Below, piece by piece: positions 52,401-64,000 of a DNA stretch of 64,000 nt. The translations under genes were made by a program, and so were the position numbers. Within the stretch, counting starts at the first letter, position 1; each line of letters begins with the position of its first letter. This DNA is from Eledone cirrhosa (lineage: Eukaryota), in contig OZ024742.1 of the NCBI GenBank assembly GCA_964016885.1, forward strand, positions 25,854,001-25,918,000, written 5' to 3'. Below the pieces are notes generated by a model, which worked only from the letters and a program-made list of their open reading frames with translations, was not told where the DNA came from and searched no databases.

Positions 52401-55114
52401 TGAGGCTTTTGCACCCCCCGCTCCTATCGGATACTCCCACACAGTCCCAGCGTGCGTCTAAGATGCCGTTCCAGTCCCCCGATAACAGTAAAGGGCGATA
52501 CGTACCCAGATATTTTCCAGGCGTCTAAAGAAGTCCGGTCCTCCTGCCCAGGAGCATAGACGGCCACTAGTCTAAAGGCACCACCTTCGTTATTGTTCAG
52601 GTCCAGGACCACCAACTTCCCTTCCGGGTCCCGGAAGATCGACCTTACATCGAGATCCAGGCCTTTCCTAAACAGCACTGCCACCCCGCCTCCCATTCCC
52701 GGCCGGCTAACAGATGCAAAGATCTGATAGTCGTCGAAAATGGGGGCTAGTGCGCGTGTGTCGGAAATCCTGGTCTCGCCGACGGCAATTACATCCATTT
52801 CTATAGACCTGAAGTCGTTGAGCAGGTGACCCTGCTTCCAGGGCGATCCCAGGCTTCGAACATTTAAACATCCTACTCTTAATACGGCCGTTGGCAGGTT
52901 AAAAAGAGAGAGAGGAAGGTTTACTTACCTTCCGGGCTCTTGTGAAGGTAGGGTTGTTCGACCTCCATAGTTGGTGTGGTTTCTTTTGGGAACCCCTTTA
53001 AAAGTCTTGAAGTGGATTTTACGTTCGGAATTCCCACGTCCCTAGGAAAGCTGTCTCGTATTTCTTTGAATATATCGAGCGACATTCTCATCAGAACCAA
53101 ATTTTCCGGCACGCAAAATGTGCTCGATTTAAAAATGTCCCCCTCTTTTTGTATATTTTCACTTCGTGCTACGAGGGCCATTAGTTCCTTGTTGGCTCTC
53201 CTGACGAGCACGAAGTTTTGTATATTTTGTTGGTGTGATTTTATTTGTTTGCGTGGCTGTGGTGGTGATGGTTTTGGTGGTGTTGTTTCGGTTGTGTCTG
53301 TGTTTGTTGTGAGTGCGGTGTTTGTGATTTCAGATGTTTGTGTGTTTGTTGTGAGTAGGTGTCTGTGGTTTCAGATGTTTGTGTGTATATTTGTTCTTGC
53401 GTCTGTTTAAGTAGTTTGCGTTTGGGGAATTCTGGTGATGGTGATGGTGGTGTTGATGTTGCTGTTATTGGAGTGATGTTTGCGTGCCTGGTGTCTACGT
53501 TTTTTTATTGTGGGTGATTTTGTGCTTTGTTGAGTTTATTTTTTCTTTTTGTGTTTCCTTTTTTGTATTTTGGGGGATTTTGTTTTTCCCTCATCTTCAC
53601 TACTGGTAGATTAGGGTTCTGTGTCTGTAAGTGTGTCTGTATGTATGTTTATCGTTTTATTGGTGTGTGTATTTTGGGGGGAGGGGGAATTTGACAACTT
53701 TCCTCATTTCCCCCCTAGGTGGTCAATGTTGGGGGTGGTCTTTCTATTGCTGTTGTTGTTCGTGGTTTTGCCGGTGCTGGTGTTGGTTGTGGTCCTCGCC
53801 CCGACGTCGGCAGCAGTGGAGCCTTTCGACCCCTTGCCTCTTTCAGCAGTTGAGGGCAGAAGGCTCGCAAATGGGTTTTTTCCCCACAAACAAAACACTG
53901 CGGCCTTTTGTCTTCGGTCATAATGTGAATGACCGTCCTATTCTGAAGGCGGATGTGGTCCTTGATTGTCTTCACATTCTCGGGCCTGATCTGGAGAAGG
54001 ATCTCCATGTCAACCCCGGACCAGTCCTCTCTGGCCATTCTGGTCACTTATATAGGGACGGTGTCCGTCCCCTCCACAATCACACATCCCAGAAGCCACC
54101 ACATGTCAAGTCCTGGTCGGATTCTGGGAATGCGGAGACGGGCCGTTCTTTTTCCCATGTGGGAGGGTACATTATTACCTTGCTGGTTTTGCAAGGAGTC
54201 ATAGCGTGTTTCATAGCGAGGGATTCTGACTTGAACAGCACCGAAATGGTGCCGTACTGTCTGCCCCTCTCTATATATTCAGTGTCTTCTCTGATGCACC
54301 TCAGCGCGATTTCAACATCTGCTTGTGGGATTAAAGCTGCCCTTTTGGTTTGTGCTGAGATGCATCTATAATGCACCGTTCTGCGCTCCACTGCCTCAAT
54401 AGCTTCTACCGGGACAGTTAAGTTGGCCCAGGTTTACTCTTGCTTGATGAGCTTCCATGCCTGGGCCAACTTTTCATCTTTGTTTGAGAGGTCCATGTTG
54501 AAGCATGGCCTCTTTTTTGCTACTGCCACATCGAAAGTGTTTTTCTTGTTTTCGTTGGGGGTGTTGTGGTCGTTGTCGTTGTTCTTGTTGGTGTTGTTGT
54601 TAGCACTGTCGCTGTTATCATTGTTGTCTTTGTTGCCACCGTTGTTCTCGGTGTAGTTGGTATTGTTGCTGTTGGTGTTGTCGCTATTTGTTTTCATGTT
54701 AGTGGTGTTGATATTGTTGCATTTGTCATTGTTTTTTTGTTATCTGTATATTCGTTGTCGCTGTTACTGTCATATTTTTCAAAATTAGAGTTCTCATTGG
54801 TATCATTGGTGTCTTTGTTTACATTGTTTGTGGTGGTGTTTGTGTTATCAATTTGTGTTAATTTCGCTGTAGCGCTCCTCTCAACTTCTACGTCGTTGTG
54901 GCACGACAGCAGACATATCGCTGGGGGGGCGTGGCTGGCCGTGTTTTTTTTCTCCGTAAATTTTTTAAAATGTAAAAAATGTTGAAATATTTGTGCCAAA
55001 AGGCCCAAATGTTATACTTTCCCCTTACACAACAAGAAATATTTAACAACAAATAATTTTAACAGGCAAATAAAGCGACTTACTGGGAGCGAGCAAAATA
55101 CGTCCGATTAGACC
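49423..55114 (-). mobile_element. Tx1/L1-clade element, copy T4 (diverged subfamily, full length, degenerate)
   Basis: ORF1 remnants span ~55008-52921 (CFVCGEKTHLRAFC). ORF2 remnants span ~52890-49690 (VGETRIS, SYIDRIF, KSPGLDG, YAND, LKGRAEVA). The 5' end abuts (AAT)n at 55115. Confidence 0.9.
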
Positions 55115-55147
<33 letters not shown>

Positions 55148-55152
<5 letters not shown>

Positions 55153-58100
55153 TTTCATTTATTAGCCAAAAGAGTCGACATGTAGGGGACAACACAAAGA
55201 CAGGGACAGTGGAGGTTTACAATAAGGTCGAGTAAAAGTGCACAATGGCAAGACTAATTTAACAATGAAGATATACAAATATAAAATAAACTATGCATAA
55301 ATATAACAAAATAAATTCTTCGATACGGGGTGGACGACCCTGGGGTGACTCGGGTACCCCACCAATCCTGAACCACCCTGCACTTCTAGGGCACCCAGGA
55401 GAGCATCCCTCTCCTCAAGTTAGCCAGCCTATAAGCGCATGGTCAGAGTAGGCCCATTCACACGGGCCATTCTCGCCACATTCATCCACCTATTAGCAAA
55501 TGTACTGGGGGGAAGCACTTCTCTCTCCACCATCACCTTCCTTTCCAGGTGAAGCTTGTAGAAGTTGATGAGGAATTGGCCGAAGAGAAAAGTGTCTCTC
55601 TTCAGTCCTTTTAACCTGGTCCACCATATAACCTCTTTCGCAACGGCCACCATACAGAGAAACATTTCCTGCTCTTCCTGACCTAAGAAGGCGGCGTTTC
55701 GATCTTCATTATGGACTCGGCCGATAGCCGGATTCGTTCCACACGTGACAGTTGCTGTTCGACATAACTCCACAAGTTAGTAATGCAGGGACATTGGACA
55801 AGTGCGTGCAGTACGGCTTCGTCGTTCTGTGCGCATCTTGGGCAGGTCCGTCTGACAGCACTTCCGTGCCTGTAGAGTTTATACCGAACCGGCAGTGCCT
55901 CCCGGTAGCACTGCTAAGCGAGGTATTTCTGGAAATTGATCCTACGTCCCCGACCCGAACGTCCTCCGGTACAGACTGGTCAGTTCGACTTCTTCGAGGC
56001 CCAAAACTTCTCCGAGTGCGTCATCGCACTTCCCACCTTTTATCCTCTATAGAACTCGAGAGTGGAGGTTCCACTGGCAGAGAGTGCCTGGCAACTTTCC
56101 AGGTGCCAGTCGCCCTGTCTCGGTCTCTTCTTGACTCAGGACTGCAGCTCAGTCAAAGAAACGAGCTGCGCAAAGGCCCGTCTGATAAACGGCGACCACA
56201 TCTGTTCACCGTCTAGGCAGAATATTTGGAGATGTCGCAGCTTCAACGCATGTCTGCGCATCATTAGCCACCGCCTGCCCAGCCCTCCGCGTAGAGGGCG
56301 CTGGCAGCAGATGGACCGCCTCACCAGCTGAACCTCACCCCTCCACAAGAATTTGAAGAGGCGCCGCTCCAAGATGGCGAGGCGCGAACGGGGGCAAGGG
56401 ACGACGGTCAGACGGTAGTAGATGACGGACGCGATGTACGCATTCGCCACCGCCGCGCGACTTTCAGTGATAGCTTCCTCCCGGCCCATTTTTGAGTGAG
56501 ACTAGCTTTCTGCTCGTTACCTCGTCCCAATTCTTTTCCACCTGGAGCTCTGGTCTGAACCAATCCCGAGCAACTTTACCGGTCCGTCCATCCAGCGCCC
56601 CACGACGCTGTTGTACGGCATAGCCCACCGACATTTCCGGGTTAAGTTTGGCTCATGTCAACCTTTCATATTCCTTCATTAAGGTGCCGACCAGCTCGAT
56701 TTATGAGGTGTCCGACACCATCAAGATTATGTCGTCCGCATAAGCCGACACCGCCTTTCCACGTCCCGGTTCGAACGGGATGCCCTGCAACAGCTCCAGC
56801 TTCCGCAGTAAAGGCTTGCGAGTTAATACGTACAGAAGGGAAGAGAGAGGGCACCCTTGACGGACCGATCGAAATGGTTCCAAGAAGTGGCCATTTACCT
56901 TGACCACCGAGCGTGTGCCGCTATGCATTGCAGCGATCCAGCTTCTGAAGACAGGGCCGAAGCCAGCCGCTTTCAGGCAAAACTCCAGATATCGATGGTC
57001 GACCCTATCAAATGCTTTCGTTTGATCTAAATTGATCAGTGCCCCACCGAGCCAGGTTTACACCATACTCTCTCTATGATGTATCGTAAGAGCTGGAGAT
57101 TGTCGTGTATGGACATGGATAGGATTGCGCAAATTTGCGTCTCCCCAACCAAATCCTCGACGACAAGCGCCAATCTCTTTGCTAACACCTTGGCCAAAAT
57201 CTTAAACTCTGTGTTGAGCAGAGATATGGGCCTGAAGTTGTCTAATGTATCCCTCTTGTTCTCGTTTTTCCTTATCAGCGTCACCACTCCCCTGCTCACA
57301 GAACTGGGAATACTCCCGATCTGCTGCCAGTTGCAGTAGAGTGCTTCGAGGATATCGGAGAAAAAGTATAGCATATTTCCGTAAAGCTCGTAGGGCAGGA
57401 CATCCAAACCGGGTGACTTGCGCCTCATGCAGCCGACAAGGGCATCCTGAATTTCAGCTGATGTAATCGGCTTTTCCCAGCGCGCAACGTCAACCGTGGA
57501 GATGCGCGGCAAGCCGTCAAGGTAGGGACTGAAACCCGCTACTTTCGCTGACTCGCCACTCCCCCCGAACAACCGAGAAACGTGCTGGCGAAAGGTCTCA
57601 CACATCCGCTTGGAAACGCTTATCTCCTTTCCGTCTCGGTCTGCCAATCCCGAATTGTGCTTTCATTACCACGCTGCGCCTCCGCCACGCAGGCCCATCG
57701 AACAGCTTTGGTTCCCTCGTTTGTCAGCGCACGCCCCTTAGCTCTGACAATGCAACCTTCGTGTTTCGCATTGAAGAAATGGTCTAATGCTTCTCGCCGC
57801 TAGCACGTCAGTTGCAATGCCACTACAAATAGCCTCGTCTAAATTATCTACCCCCCCCCCCTTTCTTTTTTTCTCTACCGCTACTTCTTTGCTGAACTCT
57901 ATCAAAGTTACTCTAATCTCTCTTTTGAGAGCCCCTCACCATATATTGTTGATGATCCCCCTGTCAACTTTTGCTTAACTAAATTGTTGACTCGGTCCCT
58001 GTAAGCCTTACGTGCCGGAAATGACATGTTTAGCTTCCAGTAACCAGGTCCTAACCTATGCGTTTTATCTAGGTCGACGTACAGATAACAAAATTGTGAT

Positions 58101-60686
58101 CTGAATAGACGACCGTTTTGAAAATTGGGCAGCCTACACTGTTTCTATCTATTTCCTAATTAAGATCCTGTCTATATACGATCTGAATGACCCCATGCGG
58201 ATGGTCCCTGTCCATACTGGCGCATTGGGGAAATCTAGTCGATACCTGTCAGGCATTTGGAACTGGCTGATTAGGTGATTGAGGTTTATGCACGTCCCGC
58301 TCCTATCAGCTACTCCCAAACAATCCCAGCGTGCGTTTAAGATGCCATTCCAGTCCTACGCTAACAGTAAAGGGCGAGACGTACCCAGAAAGTTCTCCAG
58401 GCGCCTAAAGAAGTCCGGTTGTCCGGCCCCTAAAGTAGTCCGGTCGTCCGGCCCCTGTAGGGGCGTAGACGGCCAGCAGTCTAAAGGCACCACCTTCGCT
58501 ACTGCTCACATCCAAGACCACCAACTTACCGTCCGGGTGCCGGAAGATCGACCTACCTCGAGATCCAGTCCTTTCCTAAACAGCACTGCCACCCCACCTC
58601 GCATTCCCGGCCTGCTAACAGATGCGAAGCTCTGATAGTCCTCAGAAACGAAACGGGGGCTAGTGCGCGCGTGTCGGAAATTCTGGTCACGCTGACGGCA
58701 ATCACATCCATTTCCAGCGACCTGAAGTCGTTGGGCAGGCGACCCTCTTTCGAGGTTGACCACAGGTCGCGAAAACTTAAACCTACTCTTAATATGGCCA
58801 TGTTGGCAAGCTAAAAGAGAGAGGGAAGGTTTACTTACATCCCGGTTTCTTGTGAAGGTCGGGTGGTTCGACCTCCATGGTTGGTGGGCTTTCTTTTGGG
58901 AACCCCTTTAAAAGTCTCGATGTGGGTTTCACATTCGTGGTTCCCACGTCTTGAGGAAAGCTCTCCCGAATTTCTTTGAAGGAATCGAGTGACATTCGGC
59001 CCAGAAGCAAATCTTCTGGCACGCAAAATGAGCTCATTTCAAAAATCTCCCTCTCTGTTTGAAAATCCTCGCTTCGTGCTAAGAGGGTCATCAGTTTATC
59101 GTTGGCCCTTCTGACAAGCACGAAGTTTTTAACATTTTGTTGGTGTGGTTTTATTTGTTTTCATTTTGTGTTAGTTTAGGTTGTCTGTATTTTTTGTTGT
59201 GAAGTTTTTGTGTTTTGTTGGGGCTTTTTTTGGTGAGTTTTCTTTTGGCCCTTTTAGGTTTTCCTTCATCTTTGCTGCTGGAAGACAAAGGGTCTGTGGC
59301 TGTGAGTGTCTCTGTGTCTGTGTGTGAGTTTACTGTTTTGTCTATGTGTATAATTGTGGGGTAAGGAGAGTGGGAGTGCTTTCCTGATTTTCCCCTTGGA
59401 TTGGTTTCGGTGTTGGTGGTGGTTTGGCTGTTTTTGATGTTGGTGTCCGTGTCTTTGTTGGTGTTGTTTTTGGTGGTGGTGGTGCAGCTTTCTGTGCTGA
59501 CACTCGCGCTTGGCAACAAACGAGGTTTGAAACCTCTTGCATTTTTGCGCTGAGGGCAGAAGGATTGCAGATGCGTTGCTTCCCCGCAGACGAAGCAGTG
59601 CGGCCTTCTTACCTCAGTGATTAGTTAGATTGTTGTCCTGTCCTGCAGGCGGGCAAAATTCGGGATGTTGTTCATGTCCTCTGGTTTCATTTGGAGAAGA
59701 ATCTCCAAATCTATCCCGGACCAATCTTCTCTCTCTGTCCTTTTGATATCCAGGAGAGCAGTGTCTGTCCCCTCCTCGATACGCATCCCAGGTGCCACCA
59801 TTTGTCCATTCCTGGTAGGATGCTGGTAATGCGGACCTTTACTGTCCTTTTCCCATGTAGGACGGGTGCATGATAATGCGTTCCGTTCTGCAGGGGGTCA
59901 CCGAGTGCTTAATAGCAAGGGTCTCGGTTTTGAACAGTACCGAGATGGTACCGAACTGTTTGGCCCTTGCTTTATACTCTATGTCACTTCCCATGCACTC
60001 CAAAGCAGCCTCGAGCTCTGCTTGGCTGGCAAGTTCCAAGTTGCGCGTCTGCACCGAAATGCATCGAAAGTACAGCGTCCTCCTTTGCATGGCCGCTATT
60101 TCCACGTCCAGGATGGTCAATTTTGCCCAGGACTTCTCCCGTTTAATTAGCCTCCACGCCTGGGCCAACTGTTCGTCTTTATCGCTAATAACAATATTCA
60201 ATAAGTGCTTTGTTTTTGCTGCTGCTGCATCAAAGGTGGTGCCTCTGTTGCTCGTGTTGTTGGTGTTGTCGTTCTTGCTGTTGTTCTTGGTGTTGTTGTT
60301 TTCTTTGTTGTTGCTGTTCCCACCGCCTTCCGTATTTATATTGAAGCTGTCGGTGTTATTGTCGTTGTTGTTCTGAGTTGTTGTTGTTGTCGTGGTGGTG
60401 GTGGCGGCGGTGGTGTTGGTGGTGATGTCGGTTTCAGATAATATTGCTCCTAACACAGAATGGAGCTGTTGTGATGCTAGCTTTTGAGTTTTGCCTTCAC
60501 ATTCAGTGGAATGGTCGACAGACATGTCTGTAGTAGTCTTAGTTGTGGTGAGATCTACAGTGGCTGCTTTTGAACTTTTGACCTGAACGTTGTTTACCGT
60601 TTGAAGGTCGAAAATTTCCATATTATTTTGGGTGGGGAAACGATTTCTTTCGAAGTTTTTAAAAAATAAATCTGAATATTCGAGCT
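55148..60686 (-). mobile_element. Tx1/L1-clade element, copy T5 (degenerate; tandem with T4)
   Basis: ORF1 remnants span 60621-58831 and ORF2 remnants 58801-55429 (NFRPISLLN, VRQGCPLS, YADD). The 3' end is TTGGCTAATAAATGAAATCATT(ATT)n. Confidence 0.9.
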
Positions 60687-60687
60687 T

Positions 60688-63385
60688 AAAGATCAGAACC
60701 TTGGTGGAAGAAACGACTGAATGGTGAAATCAGGGAAATGAGAAATGACATTGGAAAGCTTGAGTCCCTACTGAATGGGATACTACAAAATATAGACACT
60801 AAAAATAGACTGGAAATAACGTACAAAACTAGGAGAAAAAAGCTAAATATTATTGTAGAGCAACGCATTGTAGCAAAGATTAGGCGGTATGAGAGCAGAG
60901 TCAGTCAGTATAGACAGAACCGCATGTTTGACAACAAACAAAAGATGTTGTGTGGGCAGCTTGAAGGGAAAGAAAGAGGCAACGACTTGATCCCTAAGGC
61001 GGAACAGACTAGGACATTCTGGAGAGGAATATGGGAGCAGGATGTTGAACATAATGATCAGGCAGTGTGGATTGATACAGTACAAAAGGAGATTAGTGAA
61101 CAAGCACACCAACAAACTGATTTAAGTATCACAGTTGAAACTCTAAAGGAGCAGGCCAGAAAACTAACCAACTGGAAATCACCAAGCCCAGATGGTGTGC
61201 AGGGGTATTGAATTAAAAATATAACATCCCTCAACCCGAAACTGACAACCATGTTCATTGACTGCTTGATATCGGGTGAGATACCAGAGTGGTTGACAAA
61301 GGGTACCACAGTCCTGGTAATGAAAGACCGAATCAAGGGTAATGATGTTACCAACTATAGACCTATCACATGTCTGTCCGTAATGTGGAAACTGTTAACA
61401 AACATTGTGTCTGAGGAAATCTACCATCAGCTCCACACGAAAAACTTATTACCGGACGAACAGAAATGATGCCGAAATAAGTCCCGTGGTACAAAAGACC
61501 AGCTACTTATTGATAAGATGGTAATGAGGAATTGCAAGCGGAGACACACTAGTCTTGCCATCGGATGGATAGACTACAAAAAAGCATTCGACATGGTGCC
61601 TCATTCTTGGATAACCAAAAGCCTAGAGATTTCAAGTTGGCAGATAACATCAGACAGTTGTTGAGCAAAAGTATGAAGTCCTGGGAAACAGAATTAACCT
61701 CGGGTGGAGAATCCTTGGGAGGTGTGAAGATCAAGAGAGGTATCTTCCAAGGAGATAGTTTGTCCCCTCTGTTGTTTGTCATTACTCTGATACCCATGAC
61801 CATTATACTATGAAAAGTGAGAGCAGGATACAAGTGGGGCAAAGCAGAGCTTACCATCAACCACCTTCTCTTCATGGACGATCTTAAACTCTTTGGGAAG
61901 AGTGAGTAGGAGTTGGATGTACTTGTTGACACTGTCAGTATTTTCGGCAGTTATATATGTATGCAATTTGGTATTAATAAGTTTGGAGTCCTAGTAATGA
62001 AGAGGGGTAAATTGAGCAGAATCAACGGAATCCAGGTACCAACAGGTGAGATGATAAAGGAAATTGACACTGAAGAAGGATACAAATATTTAGGTGTTCT
62101 GGAGGAAGATGACATGAAGGACAAAAAAATGAAGGAATTGATAAGATCTGAGTACATTAGGAGAGTAAGGAGCGTATTAAAATCACATATAAATAGTTGG
62201 AATATCATATGTGCAATCAATTCCCGAGCTGTGTCTATTATTAGGTACAGTGCGGGAATTCTGAAATGGAATGTTGCTGAACAAAATGAAATGGATAGGA
62301 AGACTAGGAAGCTATTGACTATCTACAACATGTTCCAAAAGAGGAGTGATGTCGATAGACTCTACTTAAAGAGGTCTGAAGGTGGAAGAGGTATTATCAG
62401 CATAGGGGACTGTGTTCAGATGGAGAAAAACAACCTGCACAAATACGTGACTGACAGGAGAGAGCCAATGCTCAAAACTGTACTGAAGGAGAAGGCAATA
62501 GACCAGGGGATGTCCAAGGAGGAAATAAGAAGGAGGAAGAGCAACCTTCATGAACAATCCCTTCATAGTACCTTCTTTAAGAAAACTGAATTTAGAGATC
62601 CACAGACATGGAACTGGTTAAAAAGAGTAGACCTTAAAAAGGCTACAGAAGGAATGCTAATGGCTTCGCAAGAGCAGGCACTCAACACAAAGTGGGTGAA
62701 ACACCATATTTACAAGGAGGAGGCTAGCCCACTGTGTAGGATATGTGGAGAGAGAGAGGAGACTGTGGCTCACATTGTATCCGAGTGTAAACACCTTGCC
62801 CAGATTCACTAAAAAGGCTGGAGACATGATGTGATGGGCAGGGTGATCCACTGGCACCTATGCAAAGTAAACAATTTACCACATTCTGAGAAGTGGTATG
62901 AGCATAAGCCAGAGTCGGTGATAGAAAACGATCAGGTGAAGGTGCTGTGGGATTTTAGGATACAGACGGAAAAGAAACTGGAACACAATAGACCTGACCT
63001 GGTGGTTTTGGACAAGGAAAAAAGATCGTGTCTGATTGTAGATGTAGCCTGCCCATTTGACACGAGAGTGCAAGAAAAGGAGAGGGAGAAAATTAACAGA
63101 TACCAGGACATAAAGTGGGAGGTAAAAAGGATTTTGAACTGCCATGACGTCAGAGTCGTAGCGATTGTCATAGGCGCACTAGGTACTATCTAAAAGAGTT
63201 TCCAAGGATGGTTAAAAAGAGTTAGTGCAGCCCCGCTTTTTGGAACACTTCAAAAGGCATGCTTACTGGGAACAGCAAGAACCCTCCGATACGTCCTGAA
63301 TATGTGAGGCTGCAGGTAGCGGCTTGATATTCATTTCAACAAACTTTCCAGTTAAATAACATCAATGACTGGGACTCATAGAACA
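60688..63385 (+). mobile_element. R4/Dong-clade element, copy C (5'-truncated, same family as B)
   Basis: Collinear with B from EPWWKKRL to the 3' UTR, with many stops. It ends in (AAT)n at about 63385. Confidence 0.92.
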
Positions 63386-63564
63386 ATAATAATAATAATT
63401 CATAATAATAATTCATACCAATTACTATTATTATAAAACCAACCTGCTAAACAATACTAGTTTGTGATGAGTCGCAAGCGTCAAATGCAACAAATATAAA
63501 TATATAATAAAAGAAAAATGATGATGATGATAATGATGATGATGATAATTATAATAGTAATAAC

Positions 63565-63617
<53 letters not shown>

Positions 63618-63618
<1 letters not shown>

Positions 63619-64000
63619 TCGGACCCAAAATATATTGTTATAAGGCTCAAATATTCAAATATTCAACTTTGTATTGTACACTGTATATCCAAAAAAAAAT
63701 GGCTATAAATGGAAGAAGAAGAACCCCCCCCCTCCTCTCCTCTGGCTACACTATATAGGACAGCTAAACTCACCAACACCAGAAACTAGATACACCACCC
63801 ACCCCATCATCTGTGTACACTAAACACAACAGCATTTTCACCTTCACCGCAACCGCTCACTACGGCCATCATTACCACCACTATCCCATCACCGCCGCCA
63901 CCACCCCTTGACTCCTTCACTGCTGCTGCCACCGCTACAGCACCATCACTACAGTAATACGGCTCAAATATTCAAATATTCAACTTTGTATTGTACACTG
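63618..64000. repeat. Recurrent unit X, diverged copy 3, beginning a ~317-bp tandem repeat
   Basis: Follows (AAT)n. GGCTCAAATATTCAAATATTCAACTTTGTATTGTACACTG occurs at about 63644 and again at 63961. Confidence 0.75.

Overview
AT-rich eukaryotic (animal) genomic DNA made almost entirely of retroelements and microsatellites. The SINE and repeat content is suggestive of a mollusc such as Octopus, but this is an inference only. No host protein-coding gene is supported; the many IYIY/VCVC/poly-L ORFs are translations of microsatellites. The window holds five Tx1/L1-clade APE-RT non-LTR retrotransposons (all on the - strand), four R4/Dong-type RT-RLE elements (all on the + strand), one degenerate Penelope-like element (RT + GIY-YIG) with an inverted terminal repeat, CR1/L2-type LINE fragments, and two tRNA-derived SINE families. 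Two themes stand out. (1) A shared (TAA)n target: the Tx1 elements and one SINE family sit in TAA arrays in one orientation and share a ~30-nt 3' end, while the Dong elements occupy TAA arrays in the opposite orientation, often next to one recurrent ~450-bp unit. (2) Many short non-coding inserts carry minimal type I hammerhead ribozyme motifs with palindromic stem III, several arranged as diverging inverted pairs or tandem copies, consistent with Penelope-type pseudo-LTR derivatives. Several TA-centred fold-back palindromes are also present.
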